Positions 46,610-54,805 of a stretch of DNA of 64,000 bases are shown piece after piece. The stretch is from a virus. Taxonomy: Duplodnaviria; Caudoviricetes. The notes beneath the pieces were generated by a model. The model was not told the DNA's origin, made no database searches, and was given only the letters and a program-made list of their open reading frames with translations. The position numbers and the translations under genes were made by a program. Location: IMG/VR virus record IMGVR_UViG_2816332336_000005, positions 1 to 64,000 of that record; one strand, written 5' to 3'. Each line of letters starts with the position of its first letter. The first letter of the stretch is position 1.

Positions 46610-46740
46610 TATTATATGCGAACAGAACGGGAACATGCAACCAAAAAAAAATCGCCCACCTACCAGCCATTAGGCCAATAAGTGGGCAGTAATTCTTTAT
46701 ATGGTTAGATTCAGTCTGGTCCAAGGTGAACTAGAGCTAT

Positions 46741-46992
46741 TTACTTTTTCCCCTCGCTACTGTCCGGCTTAACATACGAATATGCACCCGCCGCCGTCAG
46801 TCCGACCACAACCGTAGTCAATAGATTCGTCTTCAGCGCCCCGTCCGGTAAGAACACGAACACGCCCGAAAGCGCAATCGCTACTAACGGAGCAAACTTC
46901 GTCGGCACCCCGAATCCTTTCGCGATTCCCGTTAAAGCTGCCACGATTGCGGCTAGCGTCGCGATGTCATACGTAAGTTCCACGTTATACAC
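46741..46992 (-). CDS. Holin
   Basis: Three hydrophobic segments; 'VGLTAAGAYS'. Confidence 0.8.
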   Translation of the reverse strand: MYNVELTYDIATLAAIVAALTGIAKGFGVPTKFAPLVAIALSGVFVFLPDGALKTNLLTTVVVGLTAAGAYSYVKPDSSEGKK

Positions 46993-47743
46993 CCGCCTTT
47001 CTCGCCGCCACCCGATCCACTAGTACAAAGACCAGCCACGGCATGTCCTCGATTACCTTCTGCGGCTCCTTCCGTAAACGCTCCTTCCATTCGGCCGCAT
47101 CCGACAGTAGTTCCTGTGCTGCGAGATTATCTATCGACTTATCCGCGAGTTCTAATTGCCATTCCTTTAACGCCAAGCTTACCGCCTCCTCGATTTTCAT
47201 TATAGGTACCGGGGCCACCGGCTTATCAAAACGGGTTAACTTATTTCCGTTTACAATCGACATGATTAACGTAACGTAATTCGGGTCAGTCGCGTACCCG
47301 CCCCGTTTGACCGCCTCCGCAAACTCCCGTGGAGTCTTCGCCTTCCATACGCCCGCATTCACGTAGCGCGGCTTCTTTAACAATGCGAAGTGGTCGTCGA
47401 TGGCCTCGCCGTAATTGTTGTACGCTCGGAACCGCGCCTTTACCTGTACCTTCGTCTTGGCACCGGAAGTACCAAGTATCTTTACAAGGTCACCGCTGGC
47501 CTTCGCCTTCGCTACGTCGGCCGCCGAATAATACTCCGTGGTCAAGATCGTAACGCTACCGGCCGGCCCCGTTCCTTTGATATTGCCGAGATTATACGAC
47601 TCGCGCCCCGTCACCATGTCGCGTGGTGTCCGTAAGTCCCATCCGACCTCTAGTATGAGTTGCGCGATAACGCCGGACGGGCACGGGTAACGCCCGACTA
47701 CATGCGGTGCTATTAACGAGATTAGCCGTTCTTGCTTCGTCAT
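46985..47743 (-). CDS. Endolysin, GH73 glucosaminidase
   Basis: 'AQLILEVGW', 'NLGNIKG', 'FRAY', 'GGYATDPNY'. Confidence 0.9.
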   Translation of the reverse strand: MTKQERLISLIAPHVVGRYPCPSGVIAQLILEVGWDLRTPRDMVTGRESYNLGNIKGTGPAGSVTILTTEYYSAADVAKAKASGDLVKILGTSGAKTKVQVKARFRAYNNYGEAIDDHFALLKKPRYVNAGVWKAKTPREFAEAVKRGGYATDPNYVTLIMSIVNGNKLTRFDKPVAPVPIMKIEEAVSLALKEWQLELADKSIDNLAAQELLSDAAEWKERLRKEPQKVIEDMPWLVFVLVDRVAARKAGV

Positions 47744-47753
47744 ATGTTCGACC

Positions 47754-48017
47754 TCATTTCGTTAGAAAATAAATAAGGATGGACCCGATAAAACTCGTTC
47801 CCATCCCGATGATTACGCCCCAGCTTCGGCGCGAATCCGACTTGATTTCCGCAATGTCACGCGCGTTCTCTTGGGCCAACGCTAGTGCTTCCCGTGCTTT
47901 GTCGTGTACTTGTTCGAGCTTTTCACGGTCACGCGATAAGTGGTCGACCTTTTCTTCCACGCGGACCATGCGCTCCCGTACGTCTTGTAAAATAGATACT
48001 GTATCGTGTTCTCCCAT
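47754..48017 (-). CDS. XhlA-like membrane lysis protein
   Basis: Coiled coil plus single C-terminal TM; 'ERMVRVEEKVD'. Confidence 0.75.
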   Translation of the reverse strand: MGEHDTVSILQDVRERMVRVEEKVDHLSRDREKLEQVHDKAREALALAQENARDIAEIKSDSRRSWGVIIGMGTSFIGSILIYFLTK

Positions 48018-48028
48018 ACGCGCTCCTC

Positions 48029-48166
48029 CTAGAATTTGATTCCGGTAATTTCTTCGTAATCGGCCGGTGTGATCTCTCCATACGGGTTACTATCCGTTCT
48101 AACAGCCAGACGTAATTGCTCCGCGGTCACCCATTTGTACTGATATGCGATTCTCCAAAATTCCAT
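48029..48166 (-). CDS. XkdX family protein, 45 aa (not in ORF track)
   Basis: MEFWRIAYQYKWVTAEQLRLAV...GEITPADYEEITGIKF*. Confidence 0.8.
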   Translation of the reverse strand: MEFWRIAYQYKWVTAEQLRLAVRTDSNPYGEITPADYEEITGIKF

Positions 48167-48364
48167 TTATGCGCCACCCCTTATCTGAATTAATTCAAGC
48201 TTCAGGCCGGTAATTTCGCGGCCCAAAGTCTGGATTAAGATGTCTTTTTGTGCCAACTCCACTTTCTGCATTGCAAGTTCTTGGCCTAACGTCTGAAGGG
48301 GCAATTGTTCCTGCTCCCTCTCCTTCTCAATTTGAGATAATGCTTTTGGTTTAGTCAGGATCAA
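48167..48364 (-). CDS. Small coiled-coil tail protein (XkdW-like)
   Basis: 'LGQELA..K' repeated heptads upstream of XkdX. Confidence 0.65.
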   Translation of the reverse strand: MILTKPKALSQIEKEREQEQLPLQTLGQELAMQKVELAQKDILIQTLGREITGLKLELIQIRGGA

Positions 48365-50022
48365 TCGAATGCACCTCCGAATCCTCTTACGATAACTGGC
48401 TCAGTTGCTGTTCCTTTGGTGAATGAAAAACGTACGCTAACGCCCCATTTTTCTGCTGTTTTTTCCTTGTTGGTGAAGATGAAGCCTCGATTGAATTTGA
48501 CATGGTTGCTCGCGTCTTCCCATGTCGGCAACTCGTCGAATGCGTTGTTACATACCTCGGCTTTGTAATCGGCACCGGCAGGAATCGTCCCGTCGATTGT
48601 CACTAGGATGCGTTTGGCAGCTATGTCGGTACCGAATGGGTTCCTTAGAGCAAACGCTATCTTGTCGGCTGATCGTCGGAAGGTATACGATCGAGTCGAG
48701 GTCATCCCTTTGCTGTCGGTTGCCTCGATTATAAGGGTGTGTACCGCTGTCAAGGAGAGGCGTAACCATGTGTCCAGTGGGATTGTTGCAGTGTTTTCTT
48801 TGCTGTCAGTTCCAGCGAACGTGCGGATCACTTTGCCGTTGATTTTTTCTGTGATGGTAAATGCGTCACCCTCTGGCTCTGTGACGGTGTATGTTTTTGA
48901 CGGGATAGCGTTTAATACACCGAGGTCTACGTTTTGACCATTGATAACAGGAGGGCGATTGTGGACAACTCGGAACTTGCGGGTCACCTCGGTTGATTTA
49001 CCGCCTTGGTCGTCCTCTGCCCAGATGGTTAGGGTGTGATCGGTGTTTTCGGCTAGATCGGAGCCTGTGAGATCGGTGGTGCCGTCATAGAGACGTTTGG
49101 CTCGGAATGTTAGGGTTTTGGCAAAAGAAATAGGCGTGCTACCGTTGGATACTCCGGATTGCAACGCCCTTGTGGTGCCGTTGTTGATGCGGTATTTTAT
49201 TGTGACTACGTTGTCTTTGTCGGTGTCGGAGGCGGTGCCTTGGATGTTTAACGTAGCGTTTTCGATTAGAGTCTGGTTGTCGGATGGAGACGTGAGCGCT
49301 AGAGTAGGCGCTTGATTTAAAGCTTCGAGTACAGGGCGCCAACCTCTATCCCAGTCGGTAATTACATGATTTTCGTTACGGAGCCATCCCCAAAATCTAG
49401 CCGAATGATAACCTCGATTAGAGCAAACGTTAGTGGTTCCTATATAAGTCGTCTCTTGTCCCCATGAGAACACCCCCATCCAGTTCCAAAAACGGTTGTG
49501 AATACTGTCTTTGTCTACGCTATTTAACGATGTGTCAAGATCATATACGGTAGGAGACGGAATGCCATTTATTTTGTCCTCATTTGTGATATACCGGTCC
49601 CATTCATTACTTGTGGGAAACCCTCCAGTATACCCATTCCCACCTTCATCGCGAGATTGAGTTCCACAAGTTAACAAGCGAAGCTTGTACGGCTGACCAT
49701 CAATTGTTATTGTCTTGCCGAATACTCGATTGTCACTATTTAGAGCATACCAACTTACGCTAACAAGAATGACCCTATCACAAATAAGTAGCGTCTTATT
49801 TCCTTCTTGGATTTTATGCCAATATAGTCGGTTAGCTTCGACAGCATCCGTATCTCCAATATTCCAGTTCGTAATAACTGAGTCTGTTCTAAAATCAGCA
49901 ATATTACCGTTACCAGACCCTTCGAACGGTTCACCATATTGCCAAGGTCGTGTCGGTCTAGGGATTACCGTTGTTTTATTTCGTAATGTCCCCAACTTTA
50001 CTAATCCTTCATAAGTTGCCAT
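48361..50022 (-). CDS. Putative receptor-binding protein: C-type lectin-like N-terminal domain plus Ig-like domains
   Basis: 'LLICDRVI..VSW..L', 'NEWD', 'RGY.SAR...GWRPVLE', followed by 'NQAPTL' and 'NRPPVI' Ig-like modules. Confidence 0.7.
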   Translation of the reverse strand: MATYEGLVKLGTLRNKTTVIPRPTRPWQYGEPFEGSGNGNIADFRTDSVITNWNIGDTDAVEANRLYWHKIQEGNKTLLICDRVILVSVSWYALNSDNRVFGKTITIDGQPYKLRLLTCGTQSRDEGGNGYTGGFPTSNEWDRYITNEDKINGIPSPTVYDLDTSLNSVDKDSIHNRFWNWMGVFSWGQETTYIGTTNVCSNRGYHSARFWGWLRNENHVITDWDRGWRPVLEALNQAPTLALTSPSDNQTLIENATLNIQGTASDTDKDNVVTIKYRINNGTTRALQSGVSNGSTPISFAKTLTFRAKRLYDGTTDLTGSDLAENTDHTLTIWAEDDQGGKSTEVTRKFRVVHNRPPVINGQNVDLGVLNAIPSKTYTVTEPEGDAFTITEKINGKVIRTFAGTDSKENTATIPLDTWLRLSLTAVHTLIIEATDSKGMTSTRSYTFRRSADKIAFALRNPFGTDIAAKRILVTIDGTIPAGADYKAEVCNNAFDELPTWEDASNHVKFNRGFIFTNKEKTAEKWGVSVRFSFTKGTATEPVIVRGFGGAFD

Positions 50023-50301
50023 CTACAAAACCACCAGCCTTTTATTAGCCTCGTCATACCAACCTTCTGTTAACGTGATATCGTCCAGTGTTGCAAAGTT
50101 CTCAAAAAACACATTGTCCGTAAAGTTGTTAAACACCGCATCTTTTATCGTCTTCACATCAATCTGCAAAGCCGAAATAGTCACTGTGTGCTGTTCCAGT
50201 AACTTGTGCGCATCGTCTATTCCTTTTTCCCATCGGTTGACGTCGCCCTCCGTGATATCATCTTCGAACTCCCAATCAAGCCGTGCGCTATACGACATCA
50301 A
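50023..50301 (-). CDS. Tail fibre anchor/adaptor protein
   Basis: 'DW...D.NRWEKGIDDAH', homologous to 14898-15191. Confidence 0.6.
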   Translation of the reverse strand: MMSYSARLDWEFEDDITEGDVNRWEKGIDDAHKLLEQHTVTISALQIDVKTIKDAVFNNFTDNVFFENFATLDDITLTEGWYDEANKRLVVL

Positions 50302-50579
50302 CGCGCCCCCTCTCGAATAGCAAAATTGAACCGAAACTCTAAACGTTGTCCCTCGCTAACCGGAACATCCGCCTGCCTCTCCGCAATCAGACCGCCCGTC
50401 TCATCGTACAGTCTTAATGAAGAAACTCGCGTAATCCCTTTGACTGATTCCGTACGTATGGTCACCGTCGCCCCATTCCGGCTAATATTCCGAATAGGTA
50501 CCGTTTGATTATTAAGAACGATAGATGTCGCACGAGTAGCGATATCCTCCGCAATCCTTTCGAGATACCTTCCGTCCAT
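50298..50579 (-). CDS. Baseplate/tail-fibre-associated small protein
   Basis: Synteny with 15196-15474. Confidence 0.55.
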   Translation of the reverse strand: MDGRYLERIAEDIATRATSIVLNNQTVPIRNISRNGATVTIRTESVKGITRVSSLRLYDETGGLIAERQADVPVSEGQRLEFRFNFAIREGAR

Positions 50580-51158
50580 CTATAGCGTCACCTCCCGTTG
50601 CTCCTTACCGATCGTATCCCCGACACGTAACTCGCCAATCGTCCGATATCGCCGTAGATTTACCGTTACCGAATCGACTACTTCGATTACTTCCCGTGGC
50701 ATGGGCGCTAGTACCACATCGACATGAGCCGGCGCCATTTCACGGAGGGCGACGTAGGCATCGTATAGATTCGGTGGGATGTCGCCGCCAATTATGATAA
50801 TGACCGTATACTTGCGTGGCTCCTCCTCGGCCGTGGCGTCGGGGAAGAACGCATCGGCAATGGATTCGAGTACAGCCAATGTAACCGTCCCTGTCCCGCG
50901 TAGCTTAGACTTAATAACGGAGCGCCGCTGTTCGATTGGTTTAGTCAGATCGGTGGGCACTCCGACAACGGCCTCCCATCGCGTAAGACCCCACGTTGCC
51001 GTATCTACGAAGAATTGGTCGGTTAAGTCCCGAATCCCCTCGTGCAGTAACGCAAACTCTTCTGACTCTCGCTCAATTATGTTCTTTATGTGTCGCGACT
51101 CTCCGTAGTGAATCGTCGGTAAAGAGTCAAGCATCCGGCGTTTAATCACGTCATTCAC
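50580..51158 (-). CDS. Baseplate wedge protein (DUF2313/XkdU-like)
   Basis: 'DQFFVDTATWGLTRWE', 'RRSVIKSKLRGTG', 'PAHV'. Confidence 0.88.
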   Translation of the reverse strand: MNDVIKRRMLDSLPTIHYGESRHIKNIIERESEEFALLHEGIRDLTDQFFVDTATWGLTRWEAVVGVPTDLTKPIEQRRSVIKSKLRGTGTVTLAVLESIADAFFPDATAEEEPRKYTVIIIIGGDIPPNLYDAYVALREMAPAHVDVVLAPMPREVIEVVDSVTVNLRRYRTIGELRVGDTIGKEQREVTL

Positions 51159-52230
51159 TGAGTGTCACCGTCCCTAGTACCGCGATTGAATCGGTGCCTA
51201 TCGTTATATTCTCCTCCGTACCATTGACAGTCAGATCGGCATAGTCAAGTACCGAAGCCGCGCCTCCGATCACGCCGGCAACTCGCGTAAAACGTACAAC
51301 TGAGTCAACTAGCGCGATCTTACCGAGATAATCCGTTAGTGCTTTTGTCACTTCTTCGCGGGCCTCTTCGATGGTGTGGCCGTTCACTAACGTTATCTTT
51401 GCGGTTACATTGATTGTTATTTCGGCTACACCAACGACCGTCACTTCCGCACATGCAGGCCGCTCCTTTTCGATGTAAGACGCTACCTTGTCGGTTAGTT
51501 CTTGGGAGGGTGCCCGCTTCCGATCGTCTAGCAAGACGACTTTTACCGTCCCCGGGCCATCCCACACCTCGTATACTCGCGCATCAGAGATACCAACGAC
51601 ATCAAGCGCCCATTTCCGGTAATGATGACGATTGCCCGACGTGATAGGCTTTCGGACGCGATCGAGATACCGTTCTAGCAGGGCATCGTCTGATTCTTCG
51701 TCGATACCGCCCTCGAAAGGTAGCTCATTCGTTACACCGGTTATCCCTGTAATATTGCCCTGCGTTAGTCTGATTTCGCCAGCACCCACGTTGCCCGATT
51801 TACCACCCTCAGTGGCTTTCGCGGCTAACGTTACGGTACCATTTAAAATGACGCCAGACTCCGTGACTTCGAAATAAATCGGCTCGTCCCCGTCCGTAGA
51901 AACTTCGGTACCTACGGGGATTTCCGTATTCTCATGACCATAAATAGCAACGGTACCTTTAGCCTTTTCCGAGGGCTTTCGGTAGACGCCTAATTCGGCA
52001 CATCTACGCGTTAGCCACCCGTCGTAAGACGACATGGTACCGTCAGTTTTTATCGCGAATCCCTTATCATGTACAGCGTCTAGCTCTAGCCACAACGCCT
52101 CTAGCTCGGGCGCCACGGGAGCCGTCGCATCATACAAGATCGCACCGGGTCGCTTGTCTACGTCCGGCCGAGACCTTCCGAGTATCCGTTCAAGGATCGC
52201 CTCACGCGTTTGTTGTTCGTACACCGTCAC
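51151..52230 (-). CDS. Baseplate J/XkdT-like protein
   Basis: 'DKRPG.ILYDA', 'GGIDEESDDAL', 'SGNRHHY.KWA', 'GPGTVKV'. Confidence 0.92.
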   Translation of the reverse strand: MTVYEQQTREAILERILGRSRPDVDKRPGAILYDATAPVAPELEALWLELDAVHDKGFAIKTDGTMSSYDGWLTRRCAELGVYRKPSEKAKGTVAIYGHENTEIPVGTEVSTDGDEPIYFEVTESGVILNGTVTLAAKATEGGKSGNVGAGEIRLTQGNITGITGVTNELPFEGGIDEESDDALLERYLDRVRKPITSGNRHHYRKWALDVVGISDARVYEVWDGPGTVKVVLLDDRKRAPSQELTDKVASYIEKERPACAEVTVVGVAEITINVTAKITLVNGHTIEEAREEVTKALTDYLGKIALVDSVVRFTRVAGVIGGAASVLDYADLTVNGTEENITIGTDSIAVLGTVTLSE

Positions 52231-52643
52231 ACCTCCTCTACGACATCTAACGTCAGCCCGTCCGTCGTATCAACGTAAAAAGAGACGGTCAATTTGTCCG
52301 CCTCTCGTTCTATCTCAAAGTCGTATACATCGTCTATTCGATCGTCATAAATCAATGCCTCGGTTATGACACGGGGTATCTCCGACCGCAAAAGTTCTAT
52401 TGGTAAATCTTCTCCGATTAAGTCTATGAGTTCACAACCGTACTCGCCGTCGTAGTAGATTGGGAACCTGAACCGCGCCGTCATAATAACCTTGCTGATA
52501 AATTGACGGATGGCCGCCTCGCCGTCGATCATGCCGTCAATATCACCGGTATCAAAGTCCAGCGAATAAGTTAGCGTTGGCTGGACTTCTGGCTCCGATT
52601 GGATCACTCGATCCTCTAGTCGCTGCAACGGACTAAGCGCCAT
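52227..52643 (-). CDS. Baseplate protein DUF2634/XkdS
   Basis: 'AIRQFI.K...TARFRFPIY...YGCE...EALIYDDRI'. Confidence 0.88.
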   Translation of the reverse strand: MALSPLQRLEDRVIQSEPEVQPTLTYSLDFDTGDIDGMIDGEAAIRQFISKVIMTARFRFPIYYDGEYGCELIDLIGEDLPIELLRSEIPRVITEALIYDDRIDDVYDFEIEREADKLTVSFYVDTTDGLTLDVVEEV

Positions 52644-53076
52644 TATAGATCACCGCCCGATCCTGGATGATATACGTTTGGCCTTCGTCAATAGACTGGA
52701 CGATGACGCGATCGCCCGCTTTCAATTCGTCGGTGAACTCGATTTCCCCTTCGATAACCAACTCCGTGATATCGTGCACGTGTGGCGTATAGCCTGCCTT
52801 CGTCATAACCTCGCGCACTGTCTCACTGGTTAGCGTAACCTTCCGCTTATGCCGCGTCAGATGCTCCGCAACGATCAAGTCTTCCGCTAACAACTCGAGC
52901 TTTTCATCGTTATCGACTGTTACTCGGATAGCTGGCGGAGGAGCAACGACAGTGCCGAGCTCGATATCCACGTCCTTATTGTATCCGATCTGTTGGATGA
53001 GCTGTCGAAACTGACTCGGACCTCCGCCTTCCAGCCGACTAGGCTCTTGGAGTCTTTTTGAGGATTTCGTCGACAA
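52633..53076 (-). CDS. Baseplate spike-like DUF2577/XkdR
   Basis: 'GTVVAPPP...LKAGDRVIV...GQTYII.DR'. Confidence 0.85.
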   Translation of the reverse strand: MSTKSSKRLQEPSRLEGGGPSQFRQLIQQIGYNKDVDIELGTVVAPPPAIRVTVDNDEKLELLAEDLIVAEHLTRHKRKVTLTSETVREVMTKAGYTPHVHDITELVIEGEIEFTDELKAGDRVIVQSIDEGQTYIIQDRAVIYNGA

Positions 53077-54106
53077 CTGATTTCCGCCCCTTTCGTTTCT
53101 TTCTTTTCTTCTTCGGCTTGTCTTCCGGTGGTGGGTCGTATTTCAACGTTGGAAGGTCGTCCGTCGCGCTCAACGTAAGTGACATCGTATGTTTGCCGCT
53201 CTCAAACGTGTGACTATCGGTTGAAACGTAGTAACCCCCGATTATCTCCGTCATTGACTCTTGTACGTAGACGCCTACCCCCGCGTACACGGTGTCAATC
53301 CCTAGCGCATTGACGGTCGCCTCGTCGTGTATGGTTCCGAGGTCTTTTAGGAGCTGTTTCGCTAACTGCTCGATTTGGGATCGGGTTTTATCCGAGTCAG
53401 CACTTTCGAGGTGCTGCATGATGCCGAACCGTTTTATGAGTGCGTCGTTTTTGACTACAGCCACCAACGGCTTTTTCTTGTCATCCCCGCCGGTCACTTT
53501 GACTTGCGTTCGTAACTCTTCGATCGACTGCGAGTATGACGCATCCAGTATATTAACGCCGTTTTCGAGTACCCACCGAACAGGCTGTTCTTTTCGCGAT
53601 AACAGATTAAACTTGCCTTCCTTCGAGCAAATAAAAAAGCGCCGTCCGGTCTGCTTCTGCGTAACCGTTAGCGCTGTTATCATCATGTCCCATATGGATT
53701 TATTCCGTAGTACAAGCTTTGGTATTACGTATCCTGTATCGTCAATTTTACCGACTGCAATTCCGAACTGTTTGCATAGTTTTTGTGCGATGGCACTCGC
53801 CTTCAATCCGCGGAATATCTGCGTGTCTTGATTCTTCGCAAGATAGATATTATCGTCGTATGCCGTAACGCTCATGATCCCTCGATCATTGATATTATGC
53901 TTGAACGTCAGACCCCGGAATAGTTCGCGTCCATTACTGTAGAGACGTAACTCCCTGCCGAGTTCTACGGGGACAGCTTTTTTACGGCCGTCCACCGTAT
54001 TTACGAAAGATATTTCTAGGGTACGGGCTGGCTGCGTAATATCGCCGGACCATGTAGCACTTTGAACAACCATAGGCGCGCCGTCATAATGCACTTCCCA
54101 CGTCAT
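53039..54106 (-). CDS. Baseplate hub XkdQ/YqbQ-like
   Basis: 'WSGD...AR.L', 'TAYDDNIYL', 'FGIMQ', 'DSHTFE...HTMSLTL'. Confidence 0.88.
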   Translation of the reverse strand: MTWEVHYDGAPMVVQSATWSGDITQPARTLEISFVNTVDGRKKAVPVELGRELRLYSNGRELFRGLTFKHNINDRGIMSVTAYDDNIYLAKNQDTQIFRGLKASAIAQKLCKQFGIAVGKIDDTGYVIPKLVLRNKSIWDMMITALTVTQKQTGRRFFICSKEGKFNLLSRKEQPVRWVLENGVNILDASYSQSIEELRTQVKVTGGDDKKKPLVAVVKNDALIKRFGIMQHLESADSDKTRSQIEQLAKQLLKDLGTIHDEATVNALGIDTVYAGVGVYVQESMTEIIGGYYVSTDSHTFESGKHTMSLTLSATDDLPTLKYDPPPEDKPKKKRKKRKGRKSVVDEILKKTPRA

Positions 54107-54783
54107 ACTAACACCAACTTCTGACCCGGCTTTATTTTGTTGGGATCGGAACCAACAACGGCTTTGTTCTTGGCGTAGATATCCCGTGACTTAAGCCCGT
54201 ATCTAGCCGCGATCACGGACAGGCAATCGCCTTTCTTTACGACATATGGCTTCGGAATCTGCTTCTTACCGCCTCTTGCGGCCGCCTTTTTCACTTTCGC
54301 CGTGACTGCTGTACCGTTGCCTTTCTTCGCGCCCATGTCGACTTGACGGATGCTTGTAAACTTGTACTCTTTGAGGTCGAGATCATAGTAGATATCACCG
54401 GGCGCACCGTGTTTTTCGGGCACGATATCGAACTTACGGATGGTGACCGCATAGTTTATCGGGGTTCCCGTAATCGTCAGGCGGCACGGCTTCCGGGAGT
54501 CGCGCCACCTCTCTAGCATCTCTCTAGCTGACCACGGATCGGGAAAGCCTTCGTACTCGCAATAGGACGGATGGTAGTCGCGAGGAAAGAACGATGAAAA
54601 CGAAAAGTCTCGCAACTTGGGATTACCGATAATGGTAAATTCGCCTAAGTGCGAGACTTCAACGTCTTGATAGCCGAAATCACTCAATATTTTGATAGAC
54701 TCCGGATTAACCGGAAGTTGCAGGCGTTCCGCCCCGTTATTGTAAGAGAGCCAGAATTGAATACCGTTTGTCATCGTCATCAC
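54103..54783 (-). CDS. LysM-domain tail tube initiator (XkdP-like)
   Basis: 'LPVNPE', 'FSSFFP', C-terminal LysM 'YVVKKGDCLSVIA'. Confidence 0.88.
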   Translation of the reverse strand: MMTMTNGIQFWLSYNNGAERLQLPVNPESIKILSDFGYQDVEVSHLGEFTIIGNPKLRDFSFSSFFPRDYHPSYCEYEGFPDPWSAREMLERWRDSRKPCRLTITGTPINYAVTIRKFDIVPEKHGAPGDIYYDLDLKEYKFTSIRQVDMGAKKGNGTAVTAKVKKAAARGGKKQIPKPYVVKKGDCLSVIAARYGLKSRDIYAKNKAVVGSDPNKIKPGQKLVLV

Positions 54784-54805
54784 CTCTTTTACACTTGCTC
54801 GTTAA

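Noticed and set aside
48361-50022. Complete diversity-generating retroelement
   Set aside because: No reverse transcriptase, Avd or template repeat was found in the window; kept only as a domain-level observation.
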